Origin: Polyangiales bacterium
Lineage (GTDB): Bacteria; Myxococcota_A; Polyangia; Polyangiales; Houyiibacteriaceae
Direction of reading: 5' to 3'
DNA: 34,575 nt
Assembly (NCBI GenBank): GCA_045106895.1
Contig: JBGCFM010000122.1
Coordinates: 1-34,575 of the forward strand
Part shown: positions 8,815 through 17,720 of the stretch, piece after piece
How positions within the stretch are numbered: position 1 is the stretch's first letter
Layout of the letters: the number at the start of each line of letters is the position of its first letter
Notes under the pieces: model-generated
Database searches by the model: none
Told to the model about the DNA's origin: nothing
The model's input: only the letters and a program-made list of their open reading frames with translations
Made by a program: the position numbers and the translations under genes

Positions 8815-10535
8815 TCGCCAATCTCGATGTTCACGTCCGCTGCGTCTGCTTCGAGCTCACGCAAGAGTCCTTGGTCGGGGCGGACAGCCGTCAAACCCAG
8901 CGATGCGATCGCCGCTTCACGTTCTTCGCGGGTTGCCATGGGGTCGAAGTCGTCTGCAGCGAGAGCCGCATTTCGGCGCCGGAGCGAGCGCCAAGCGAGC
9001 CGTCGAATCGCCGGGTACGCGTCACGCTCCATTGCTGCGAGGAGGGCACCTTCGTCTTCGTTCAGCTCAGAGCGCCCGTAGGCGTCCGCCGCCAGCGCGC
9101 GCACGATAGGGTCGCCGCCGAATAGCCAGCGCAAGCCGACGGCCGTGTGTCCACCGCCGTCGTCGCCGAAGAACGAGTCCTCTTCGCCGAGGTGGCAGAG
9201 CCCACACGCGTGCGGGCGCTGGGCTGCGGCTTCGGGGCGCGGAATCTCAATTCGGTGAGTTCGGTGCGCGTCGAGCACCCCGTAGACGATGCGAGGCATA
9301 TGGCAGTCGACGCAAGCCACCTGCGCATGTCCTGTCCCCCCATGTTCCGCCGCGGACTGCGCCTCGCTGAGCTCCGAGTGGCACTCTGCGCATGAACGGT
9401 CGCCGAGTTCGCCGCCCGGGTCGCGGCTCGTGAAGCTCTCCGAGTCTCCGGGCCTCAGCTGCCCCGCGGCCTCTCCCTCGTGCATGCCGTGGCAGGTGGT
9501 GCAGGTGAGCGCGCCGCCGATCGTGCACCGCGCCTGAAGCCAGCCCTGGTACTCGTACGCCGTCAATCGCGGCGAGCCGTCGTCCCAAAAACGCTCTCTG
9601 AAGATGGCGTCACCGTTGAGGGTGGTGTCCGCCCACAGAGGCTCCGAGTGATGGGCGAGGTCGTCGCCCGGGACAAAGGGGTCTCCGTCTTCAAGGTAGT
9701 CCGCGATGTTGGAGGTCAGCCGCTGCCCATGGCAGCGACCACATACATCCGCGGCTCGATCGGCGCTCAGGCGGGAGGGCGAAACGATCGATGGGTCCGG
9801 GTCATCGGTGGCGTGGAGTGTGTACCGGCGCAGGGGAGATGTGTTCCGTGCGGAGTGCTCGTCCCCCGGTCCGTGACAGGCCTCGCAAGCGACCCCTAGC
9901 TCCGCGACATGGCTGTCGAAGCCCAGAGGACCAAGGTTCGGGTTTGGCGCGACGTTGTGACAGAAAATGCAGTTGTCGTTCCACCGCACGACATGTCGCT
10001 GGTAGTCAGTCTCGGCGGCTACATCAGGGGGATCCGGCGTGAGAAAAGCGCCGTTCATGTGAAACCATCGCGCCTCTTCGACGTGCCAGGCCCACGGAAG
10101 CCGCGTGTACTCATCGCCCTCGCGCGTCAGATACTGCTGGTAGCGGTGGGAGCCAACGCTACGAACGACCTCCACGACCGAGTCCTCCCCACTGGGGCTC
10201 GAAACTCGCATCACAAACGCCTCACCTTCACGCGACATGACAGCCGCCCAGCCGCGGTAACGAACTTGTTCACCGTTGAAAGGTGCGAGGACTGCGACAT
10301 CGCTTGCCTCTTGGGTCATGGTCCGGTGGTACGTTCCTGCCCACGACGCGTAGTGCTCCTCATGGCAGTGTGCGCACCGCTGGGACGTGACGAAGTCCGC
10401 GCCATGAAGGTCAACGCTCTCACTGAGTTCGCGGTCTTGGCGGACCCAAGCGCTCACGACCAGGGCGAGCCCTGTGGCCAGCCCGAGGGCCGCGAGATAC
10501 TTAGGATTTAGTTCCAAGGCCCCGGAGGGTCTCAT
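8811..10535 (-). CDS. Membrane-anchored or exported octaheme c-type cytochrome with C-terminal HEAT-like helices
   Basis: Eight CxxCH motifs (CAHCH, CIFCH, CEACH, CGRCH, CTTCH, CAECH, CVDCH, CGLCH) and an N-terminal hydrophobic segment. The start is approximate. Confidence 0.9.
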   Translation of the reverse strand: MRPSGALELNPKYLAALGLATGLALVVSAWVRQDRELSESVDLHGADFVTSQRCAHCHEEHYASWAGTYHRTMTQEASDVAVLAPFNGEQVRYRGWAAVMSREGEAFVMRVSSPSGEDSVVEVVRSVGSHRYQQYLTREGDEYTRLPWAWHVEEARWFHMNGAFLTPDPPDVAAETDYQRHVVRWNDNCIFCHNVAPNPNLGPLGFDSHVAELGVACEACHGPGDEHSARNTSPLRRYTLHATDDPDPSIVSPSRLSADRAADVCGRCHGQRLTSNIADYLEDGDPFVPGDDLAHHSEPLWADTTLNGDAIFRERFWDDGSPRLTAYEYQGWLQARCTIGGALTCTTCHGMHEGEAAGQLRPGDSESFTSRDPGGELGDRSCAECHSELSEAQSAAEHGGTGHAQVACVDCHMPRIVYGVLDAHRTHRIEIPRPEAAAQRPHACGLCHLGEEDSFFGDDGGGHTAVGLRWLFGGDPIVRALAADAYGRSELNEDEGALLAAMERDAYPAIRRLAWRSLRRRNAALAADDFDPMATREEREAAIASLGLTAVRPDQGLLRELEADAADVNIEIGE

Positions 10536-13350
10536 CGACGCGGGCGGCGTCGGCGGCGAGTGCTTGTCGCCGGAAGAGTGCCCGCGCTTCACGAAGACGA
10601 ACACGCGCGGTCTCTAGCTCTCCGCGTTCCGCCAGGTGCTTGCCTAGCTGCACGAGGCTACGGGCCGCCTCACGCTCGTTGCCACCTTGCTGGAAGAGCT
10701 CGATGCTCGTGGTGAAGCTCTTTTCGGCGCTCTCGTCTCGCTCTTCGGCACCCGAGAATAGTGTCTGGGCGTGAGCCTCGCCGAGAGCGCGATGGGCCAG
10801 GGCGATGATGTCCGGACCGCCATACTCCTTCGCTGCGACGAGGGCCTGGCGGAGGTAGTCGAGACCACCGTCATCACCGCGTCGAACCAAGACGAGACCT
10901 AGGTTCCGTTTTACTTCCGCGATGGCGCGAAGGTCACCGAGGTCTTCGGCGATGTCGATGGCTCCCTGGAGCGATGCATGGGCTTCGTCGTAGGCGCCGT
11001 CCTTCGAGCGCGCCTCGCCGATGTTGTTCAAGATGAAGCACTCGGCACGCCGGTCGGCGAGAGCCCGTGCTTGTTCAAGGGCGCTCGTCCACGCGCCGAC
11101 GGCGCGCTCTCGGTCACCGCGCTCAAAGGCGAAGACCCCCAGGTGGTTGTGGCACTGAAGTGCGCCCTCGTGGTCGCTGATGGCGCTACGAATCTCGAGG
11201 GCTGAGAGCACGTACTTCTCCGCTGCTTCGAGGTTGCCGCGGCGATACTCCAGCTGGCCCAAGGTGTTAAGCGACACCGCTTCGCCACGACGGTCACCGT
11301 GCGCGCGACGGATTTCCAGCGCTTCGGCGGCGCACGCGAAGCCCTGATCGAGTTCCACACGGCGAACATGGAGCTGGGCCATGTCATCGAGGGTGGCTGC
11401 TACACCGCGAAGGTCGCTGGCGCTGCGGAAGAGGTCGAGGGCACGGAGCAAGACGCGACGTGCGCGCTCCTCTTCGCCTTTGGCGGCGTGGGCTCGCGCG
11501 ATGCGGTTGAGCGCCGCGCCGCCTTTGCCGCGGGCGCCCACTTTCCACGCGTGCTGAAGCATCTCCGTGAAGGCCGCGATGGAGTCGTCGTACTGGCCGA
11601 GTGCAAAGAGGAGCAGCCCGTGCTCGTGGAGCGCCTCAATGCGCCGAACCACATCCTCCGAAGGGATCATCTCCAAGGCGTTGTTGATGTATCGCAGCGC
11701 GCGCTCTGTTCGGCGCTGGAACCGCTCGTGCGCTGCCGCTTCGAGGTAGGCGCGTCCGGCGCGGGCTTTCTGCCCAGCCTTTTCAAGGTGAGGCGCAATG
11801 CGAGCCGCCATACCTTCTCGACGTAGCTGTCCGACGAGGGCAAGCCAGCGCGCGACGGCGGCGTGGCGTCGGACCCGGCTATCCTTCTGGATCTCCGCAT
11901 CCAGTAGATCCCGTGTTCCTTCGAGGGCGAAGTTGTACTCCCGGGCGCCGGGAAGGTCCGACTGATCGATGGACTCGATGAAACCCTTGCGCTCCAGTCG
12001 TTCCAGGGCGAAGGCGAGCGCGTCGTTGTCTTCGTCGTCGGGCCAGACGCTCAGGGGATCATCGTCTTCGCCAGGCGGTTTACGGTCCGCACGCATCTGG
12101 GCGAGGATGGCGCCGTCCCAAAAGACCTCACCGATGAGTGCCGCGCGCTCCAAAGTGGCGAGCTCCAGCGCGTCCAAGCGCTCGAGGCGCGCCTGGACGG
12201 CGTCGTCCATGGTGATGGGGAGGTCGTCGCCATTGCCGAGGCGTTCGAGGTCTACCTCGAGGCCATCGGCGGTGGGAACGACGAGACCGGCTTCCCAGAG
12301 TGCGAAGGCGAGCTCACGAACTTTCGCTGCGTTGCCTCCGCTTCGGTGCGTGACGGCCGCGACGAGCGGCTCTGGCGCCGAGTTGAGTGAGGGCAAGAGC
12401 ACGTAGAGCATGGCCTGAACGGCGGTCTCTTCGAGTGGTGCGATGGGGCCCACGGCGATGCCGCCGGCGGGTTCGTAGCTTGCGGCGCGCTCCATCACGG
12501 GTTGGTCGCCTGCGATGGCGACGGCGATTTGAGCCTTTGTCTTTGTGATCTCGCGGACCACGTCCCAAGCCGGCGTCTCCGCGAGGTGCATATTGTCCAG
12601 CATCAGGAGGATGGGGCGATGGGACGCGTCCCCTTCAAAGAAGCGTGCGACGGCCTGGCAAGCGCGCCGATGGAGCTCCTGCGGGTCGTCGCCAAGTGGT
12701 CGAAGAACCGGGCTGTTAGGAAACGGGATCCCCGCGATGTGCCCGAGCAAGTGGGCGGTCTCGGTGACGCGGACAACGTCGCTCGTGTCCAGAGCCGAAG
12801 AGACAAGCGTCGACATGGACGCACGAACGGCGCTCGGGCTCGACGAGGGGGTGACGCCGAATCGCTCAAGGAGCAGACGGGAGAAGGGCGCGTAGGCTCC
12901 ATCCCCGCCTTCGCGGCACACGCCGTAACAGTGACGAGAGCGATCGTTGAGGCGTGCGGCGATTTCGCTCGCGTAGATGAGGAGGCGCGTCTTGCCGGAA
13001 CCACGCGGACCCTCAAGCGCGACCAAGGTCGGTTGGCTCAGAGAAAAGGCGCGGTCAATACCCGCTTGGATGGCGCCAGCAGCGTCAGGCTGACCGATGA
13101 GCGGGGGCTCTTGCTCCCCATCATCGACCTCTTCGAGCTCGTCGAGGCTGACCTCCTCGTTCTCGAGCGGCTCCGCCTCGTCGACGGGCGTTGACGAGAC
13201 CATGGTCCGGTCACCGCCTCGAGGGGCCATGCCGGTCACACCGGTCGGGCGAAAACTACTTCCAAGGGAGCGACCACAGCTTGAGCACGCACGCCAGGCG
13301 CGGGGGTTCTCAAAACCGCACGACCCACAGACGGTACTTGCCGTTTGCAT
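10501..13350 (-). CDS. Zinc-ribbon + STAND/AAA ATPase + TPR protein
   Basis: CGSC-x10-CSSC, Walker A GPRGSGKT, Walker-B-like LLMLDNMH, SGGNA, and many TPR-like repeats (AVSLNTLGQLEYRRG). GGGGAG SD before ATG 13350. Confidence 0.88.
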   Translation of the reverse strand: MQTASTVCGSCGFENPRAWRACSSCGRSLGSSFRPTGVTGMAPRGGDRTMVSSTPVDEAEPLENEEVSLDELEEVDDGEQEPPLIGQPDAAGAIQAGIDRAFSLSQPTLVALEGPRGSGKTRLLIYASEIAARLNDRSRHCYGVCREGGDGAYAPFSRLLLERFGVTPSSSPSAVRASMSTLVSSALDTSDVVRVTETAHLLGHIAGIPFPNSPVLRPLGDDPQELHRRACQAVARFFEGDASHRPILLMLDNMHLAETPAWDVVREITKTKAQIAVAIAGDQPVMERAASYEPAGGIAVGPIAPLEETAVQAMLYVLLPSLNSAPEPLVAAVTHRSGGNAAKVRELAFALWEAGLVVPTADGLEVDLERLGNGDDLPITMDDAVQARLERLDALELATLERAALIGEVFWDGAILAQMRADRKPPGEDDDPLSVWPDDEDNDALAFALERLERKGFIESIDQSDLPGAREYNFALEGTRDLLDAEIQKDSRVRRHAAVARWLALVGQLRREGMAARIAPHLEKAGQKARAGRAYLEAAAHERFQRRTERALRYINNALEMIPSEDVVRRIEALHEHGLLLFALGQYDDSIAAFTEMLQHAWKVGARGKGGAALNRIARAHAAKGEEERARRVLLRALDLFRSASDLRGVAATLDDMAQLHVRRVELDQGFACAAEALEIRRAHGDRRGEAVSLNTLGQLEYRRGNLEAAEKYVLSALEIRSAISDHEGALQCHNHLGVFAFERGDRERAVGAWTSALEQARALADRRAECFILNNIGEARSKDGAYDEAHASLQGAIDIAEDLGDLRAIAEVKRNLGLVLVRRGDDGGLDYLRQALVAAKEYGGPDIIALAHRALGEAHAQTLFSGAEERDESAEKSFTTSIELFQQGGNEREAARSLVQLGKHLAERGELETARVRLREARALFRRQALAADAARVDETLRGLGTKS

Positions 13351-13402
13351 GCCCCTAGACTCCCCCGGTGGCTCCTCGGTGACAAGGCCCTTTCCACCTT
13401 GC

Positions 13403-13419
13403 GTAGGACAAAGCACACA
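13403..13419. promoter_or_regulatory. Copy 1 of shared intergenic motif (GTAGGACAAA)
   Basis: GTAGGACAAAGCACACA, about 53 nt upstream of the STAND ATG. The 10-bp core is identical to the 14454-14463 copy in inverted orientation. Confidence 0.45.
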
Positions 13420-13438
13420 CCGCTAGTGCGGAGGACGT

Positions 13439-14437
13439 CTAGTTTTGAGCGACGGCGGCGCACCGTCGCGCGGTTTGTTCCCGCAGAGTTCGCTGTCGTT
13501 GCGCCAGGTACTCGCTCGGCGGCTCCGCGGGACCGGCCAGGGCCGAGGGGTCGTCACCACTCGACGCGTAGAAGAGATCGGGATCATCGACGATATCGAA
13601 GAGTTCCTCGCCTTCTGCGAGGAGCTCGCAGTTTCGGCTCTTGAGACGATCCACGATGCGCGGAAGGGCTGCGACGCTCCACGGGTGGGTGTCATGCATG
13701 AGGACGATGCCTCCTCGTTCGCCGTTTTCCCGCTCACGACGCGCCAAAACGCGGGTGAAGGTGTCGACGACCTCGTCTGCACTTCGCACTTGGAAGTCGC
13801 CGGAACCAATGTTCCAGAGCACCTGGGTGTAGCCCATCGAGGCCAGAGCTGCGTCGATTCGGGGCGAGCGAGAGCCACCGGGGGGCCGAACCAAGGGGGT
13901 GTCGATGCCGGTGACTTCGGCGATGAGATCCGAGGCGCTCTGAATCTCGTTCCGTACTTCCTGAGGCGTCAAAAGCGGCAGCTGCTGGTGGCTGACGGTG
14001 TGATTTCCAAGTCGGTGACCCCGCCGGACGATTTCCTGCAAAAGAGCGCGTTCCGTACGGGCTCGGGCACCGAGGGACGCCATGCGACCGGTGGTCACAA
14101 AAAAGGTGGCCTTGATGCCAAGTCGATCCAGTTCGTTCAGCAGAACCGGGGTTGTTCGTCGGTCCGGCCCGTCGTCGAAGGTGAAGTGAATCAGACGATG
14201 GGGGGTACCGCCGGTCACGATGGCGCCATCGGACCAGTCCGGGTCCGGAAGCGTCAAGGCTTCGGGCTCTGGCTCGGGAACGACGGGCGGCGCGCTCACC
14301 ACCAAGGGGCTCAGCGAGCGCTGAAGGGCAGGGGGCGGCTCAAGTCCTGAAAGCTCAACGCAGAGCGCGCCAAAGCCAAAAGCACCCGCGCACAGCACCA
14401 CGTTCGCGATGCTTCGTCTCCAGTTCCGGTTCTTCAC
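13439..14437 (-). CDS. Polysaccharide/peptidoglycan deacetylase (CE4/NodB family), N-terminally anchored
   Basis: TFDDGP, GNHTVSH, RPPGG, LWNIGSGDF and GIVLMHD motifs, plus an N-terminal hydrophobic segment. Confidence 0.92.
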   Translation of the reverse strand: MKNRNWRRSIANVVLCAGAFGFGALCVELSGLEPPPALQRSLSPLVVSAPPVVPEPEPEALTLPDPDWSDGAIVTGGTPHRLIHFTFDDGPDRRTTPVLLNELDRLGIKATFFVTTGRMASLGARARTERALLQEIVRRGHRLGNHTVSHQQLPLLTPQEVRNEIQSASDLIAEVTGIDTPLVRPPGGSRSPRIDAALASMGYTQVLWNIGSGDFQVRSADEVVDTFTRVLARRERENGERGGIVLMHDTHPWSVAALPRIVDRLKSRNCELLAEGEELFDIVDDPDLFYASSGDDPSALAGPAEPPSEYLAQRQRTLREQTARRCAAVAQN

Positions 14438-14444
14438 GGTGCTA

Positions 14445-14465
14445 GTGTAGGTTTTTGTCCTACAC
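14445..14465. promoter_or_regulatory. Palindromic operator-like site (copy 2), overlapping a putative -10
   Basis: GTGTAGG-TTTTTGT-CCTACAC is a perfect 7-bp inverted repeat. It overlaps minus-strand TACACT, which lies 6 nt before the deacetylase GTG. Confidence 0.55.
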
Positions 14466-14491
14466 CTCGCAAAAAAGCGGACTGAAAGGGT

Positions 14492-15877
14492 CTAGCGAGG
14501 CCTCGCGGAGAAGTTGAGCGGTAGTTCGAAGGTGAGAGCCCCACCGCGAGGTGCAGGGAACGCCCAACCTTGAGCCGTGCGGGCAAGGCAGTTTCGTAGC
14601 GGAGGCGGCAGCTCGCTGTCCGTTGTGACGCGAACACCGCTGACGGCCCCCTCACGGTCGACGCTCACACGCAGGGCGTAGTCGCCGCGAAGCGAGGGAT
14701 TGTTTTGACGAAGCTCACGCTCGTAGCAGCGTTGAAGAGCGCGATACGAAGGACGCACGACTTCGGAGATGGCCTCTGGTGGGAGGTAGCCCCCACGTGG
14801 AGCCCGACGAACGGCTCGAAGGTCCGAGCCTTCGAGGTGCCCGCCCTCAGGCAGAAGCGCGAAGGGCGCTTCGTAGCGCCGATCGTTCGCGTCAAAGCCG
14901 ACGACCTCATAATCACCCGGAGCGGTCATCACGGCGGCGTGGGCACCTCGAAGCACGAGGCCACCGACCTCCCAACGAACGATGTTCTCGTCCGCAGCGA
15001 GCTCAAGGGCTGCGCCTTCAAGTCCGTCCACGTGTGGCTGCAGCACCTCGCCTTGGGCGGCCGCTTCGAAGCCTTCATGGGAAGACCACCGGTCCGGCGC
15101 CTCCATGTGCCGAACCACGGTGTCCCCTTCAAGCACTTCGACAATCCCCTCGTCCAAGGTCACGGCGACCTGTTCGCCATCGCGCCGCACCTCGAAGCGT
15201 GTTCCTTGAACTCGAATCCGGTAAGGCGGGGCGTCCACATAGTACGAGCGTCCGGTGCGCACGTCGCTCGTGACGCGTCCTTCCTCGAGAGTCAGGACGA
15301 GCTCGTCTTCGCGCAGGCGTGTGGTCTGTACCCGCGAGTTCGCGCTCAGCGCAAAAGCTGAACCGTCTGGCATCAGCACGTGGAGGCTGCCTTCGTCGAC
15401 GCTCAGCGCCTCGTCCTCGGCGACGGCCGCTCCGAGGCCTCTTTCGCCGACCTCGCCTGCAAGGGCGACGACAACGCCAGCGACGGACGGCGATTCGGGC
15501 TCGGGAATCAAGGTCTCGACGACGTCCGGTGTCTCGTTGACGGCGACCGGCGTGGCCGAACTCGGAATCAGCTGGGACCCGATGAAGAGCGCAACCGCGG
15601 CGGCGGCCAACACGAACGGAAGCCCCCGCTTTGCACGCTGACGGTTCGCGATGGATTTCGCCTCTCGGCGCAATGCCAGCTCCATGCGGGCGAAGTCCAC
15701 GTCGACGGGGGACTCACGAACTTCGTGGGCGACTTCGTCAAAAGCGCGGATCTCTGCCAACGCCTCGAGGCAGACGTCGCATCCTTGGAGGTGGCGCTCC
15801 ACGCGCTCGTTCCCCTCTACACTCAAGAGCTCGCCGTTGAAGGCGATGAGCGCGCGCCACTTTGGGCTGTGGGTCAC
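14492..15877 (-). CDS. Anti-sigma factor: zf-HC2-like N-terminus, TM helix, FecR domain, C-terminal AgmX/PglI (TonB-C-like) domain
   Basis: HLQGCDVC, one TM, FecR-like LMPDGS..LEEG..VQGTRFEV..VTLDEGIVEV, and C-terminal LQRCYERELRQNNPSLRG..C..WAFPAP..LPLNF. GTGA overlap with the ECF sigma stop. Confidence 0.82.
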   Translation of the reverse strand: MTHSPKWRALIAFNGELLSVEGNERVERHLQGCDVCLEALAEIRAFDEVAHEVRESPVDVDFARMELALRREAKSIANRQRAKRGLPFVLAAAAVALFIGSQLIPSSATPVAVNETPDVVETLIPEPESPSVAGVVVALAGEVGERGLGAAVAEDEALSVDEGSLHVLMPDGSAFALSANSRVQTTRLREDELVLTLEEGRVTSDVRTGRSYYVDAPPYRIRVQGTRFEVRRDGEQVAVTLDEGIVEVLEGDTVVRHMEAPDRWSSHEGFEAAAQGEVLQPHVDGLEGAALELAADENIVRWEVGGLVLRGAHAAVMTAPGDYEVVGFDANDRRYEAPFALLPEGGHLEGSDLRAVRRAPRGGYLPPEAISEVVRPSYRALQRCYERELRQNNPSLRGDYALRVSVDREGAVSGVRVTTDSELPPPLRNCLARTAQGWAFPAPRGGALTFELPLNFSARPR

Positions 15878-16539
15878 TGACCGGCCTCCGCCATCAATTT
15901 CGTTTTCGCGTTCGTCTTCGCTGCGGCCTTCGCCTTCTTGGCGCCACCGGGCAAACGATGCATGAGGCTCTCCACCAAGGGAGACAGGACCTCGTCGTCT
16001 GCGAGTGCGGCGTAGAGCTCTTTGCGTGCATAGAACAGCCGGGTTCGCACCGTCAGAACGGGGATGCCCACGGCCTCCGCAATGCGAGCGGCGTTCCAGC
16101 CTTGAAAGTCGTGGAGCACCAAGACCTCTCGCTTCTTTTCGCTCAGTCCGTCCACAAGTCGGTAGAGCGCGCTGACGCGTTCATTGCGCGCGATGGTCTC
16201 GCGTGGGTCATCCGCGGACTCTCCCTCGAGGAGCCGTTCCGTGGGTACGTCGGCGAAACGAGGTCGCGATTTCTTCTTCCGGAGGTGCATCTTCGTCACG
16301 TTTGCGGTGAGTCTATACAGCCATGTTGTAAACTTCGAGTCACCGCGAAATGAGCCGATCGAACGAAAAACTTGTACGAAGACTTCTTGAACCACGTCGT
16401 CGAGCTCGCTGGACGGCCCCATAACGCGATGAACAACACGGGCCACCGTGTCTCGATGCTCACGAAAGAGCACTTGGAACGCGGCTTCATCGCCTTTCTG
16501 CGCCCGCGCAATGACGTCGCGGGTCTGGTCCTCGTTCAT
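15874..16539 (-). CDS. ECF RNA polymerase sigma factor
   Basis: GDEAAFQVLF, DDVVQEVFVQVF, FTTWLYRLTAN and IAEAVGIPVLTVRTRLFYAR. Start placed at ATG 16539 (ATG 16647 is an alternative). Confidence 0.93.
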   Translation of the reverse strand: MNEDQTRDVIARAQKGDEAAFQVLFREHRDTVARVVHRVMGPSSELDDVVQEVFVQVFRSIGSFRGDSKFTTWLYRLTANVTKMHLRKKKSRPRFADVPTERLLEGESADDPRETIARNERVSALYRLVDGLSEKKREVLVLHDFQGWNAARIAEAVGIPVLTVRTRLFYARKELYAALADDEVLSPLVESLMHRLPGGAKKAKAAAKTNAKTKLMAEAGQ

Positions 16540-16609
16540 CCGCACTGCCCCTGAGGTTGCCGGGTTCCGCCGCGTTCGTCCAATGACGCCGCCGCCGCCG
16601 CCGGGTGCT

Positions 16610-16626
16610 GTTGGACAAAGGTCTAC
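16610..16626. promoter_or_regulatory. Copy 3 of shared intergenic motif
   Basis: GTTGG-ACAAAGG-TCTAC, 9/10 match to GTAGGACAAA with imperfect dyad symmetry. Lies between the divergent ECF sigma and ABC genes. Confidence 0.45.
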
Positions 16627-16745
16627 GATCGCGGTTGTGGCGCTCATATTCAATCCGTTGCGACGTTTTGCGTCGGCGTTCAGAAACTCGCGCAAATGAC
16701 GTAATGGCCATGCGCAAGCCCCCCGGCTGGGCTAGACGAACCCTC

Positions 16746-17720
16746 GTGCTGAGCGTTTCTAAGCTAACGAAAGACTACGGTTCCCTGCGAGCCGTCCACG
16801 AAGTGAGCTTCGAGGTTCTCAAGGGCGAAGTCGTCGGGTTTTTGGGACCCAACGGCGCAGGCAAGAGCACCACGCTCCGAATGATTACGGGCTTTCTCTC
16901 GCCCACCTCCGGGAGCGTTCAGATTGGCGGCGTCGACGCGTTGCTCGATCCGTTCAAGGCGCGCCGCGGCTTCGGCTATATGCCCGAAGGGGTGCCGCTC
17001 TATCCAGAGCTGCGTGTCATCGAATACCTGCGCCATCGGGCGGAGATCAAAGGCGTCCCCGGCAAGGCGTCCAAAGCAGCGGAGGCGGCCCTCGAGCGAG
17101 CGGGTGTGAAAGACGCCAGGACCCGGATCATTGGGCAGCTGTCCAAGGGTTACCGACAACGCGTCGGTATCGCCGATGCGCTCCTCGGCGACCCGCCGCT
17201 GCTAATCTTGGACGAGCCGACGAGTGGCCTCGACCCCAATCAGATTCGGCACGTACGCGAGCTCATCCGCAGCTTCCGTGGTGAGAAGACGGTGTTCCTC
17301 TCGACGCACATCTTGCCGGAGGCGGAAGGCGTCTGCGAGCGCGTCATCATCGTGAAGAAGGGCCGCGTAGTCGGCGAAGGTCAGCTCGACGAGATTCGAT
17401 CACGCGGGAGCTCGCAGCGTATTCGAGTGCGGGCCCGTGGAGACGAAACAGCCTACCGCGAGGCGCTTGGCAAACTCGAAGACGCGACGGTGGAGGGCAC
17501 CGTCGATGGTGACTCACTTCTGTTTCGCGTGTCCCTCGAAGGCGACGACGCAGCGGAGAACGTATTCCGCGCCATCGCCGAAGCAGGCCTCGCGTTGTCG
17601 GAGCTCCAGACGGAGGACGCATCGCTGGAGGATGTGTTTACGCAGCTGACTTTGGGCGACGACGCCGACGATTCAGATGACGACGATACCCAGGAACCAA
17701 AAGACGAGGCGTCCCCATGA
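16746..17720 (+). CDS. ABC transporter ATP-binding protein (GldA-like)
   Basis: GPNGAGKST, LSKGYRQRVG signature, LILDEPTSGLDP and STH. The start could instead be ATG 16704 or 16710. Confidence 0.95.
   Translation: MLSVSKLTKDYGSLRAVHEVSFEVLKGEVVGFLGPNGAGKSTTLRMITGFLSPTSGSVQIGGVDALLDPFKARRGFGYMPEGVPLYPELRVIEYLRHRAEIKGVPGKASKAAEAALERAGVKDARTRIIGQLSKGYRQRVGIADALLGDPPLLILDEPTSGLDPNQIRHVRELIRSFRGEKTVFLSTHILPEAEGVCERVIIVKKGRVVGEGQLDEIRSRGSSQRIRVRARGDETAYREALGKLEDATVEGTVDGDSLLFRVSLEGDDAAENVFRAIAEAGLALSELQTEDASLEDVFTQLTLGDDADDSDDDDTQEPKDEASP

Noticed and set aside
10501..13350. Calling the STAND protein (or the HD dNTPase) an anti-phage defence system
   Set aside because: No nuclease, TIR or SIR2 effector, and no defence-island or mobile context. 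Composition matches the surrounding core genes.
16587..16603. (GCC)5 run upstream of the ECF sigma
   Set aside because: A short trinucleotide run is expected at this GC content, and there is no evidence of phase variation.
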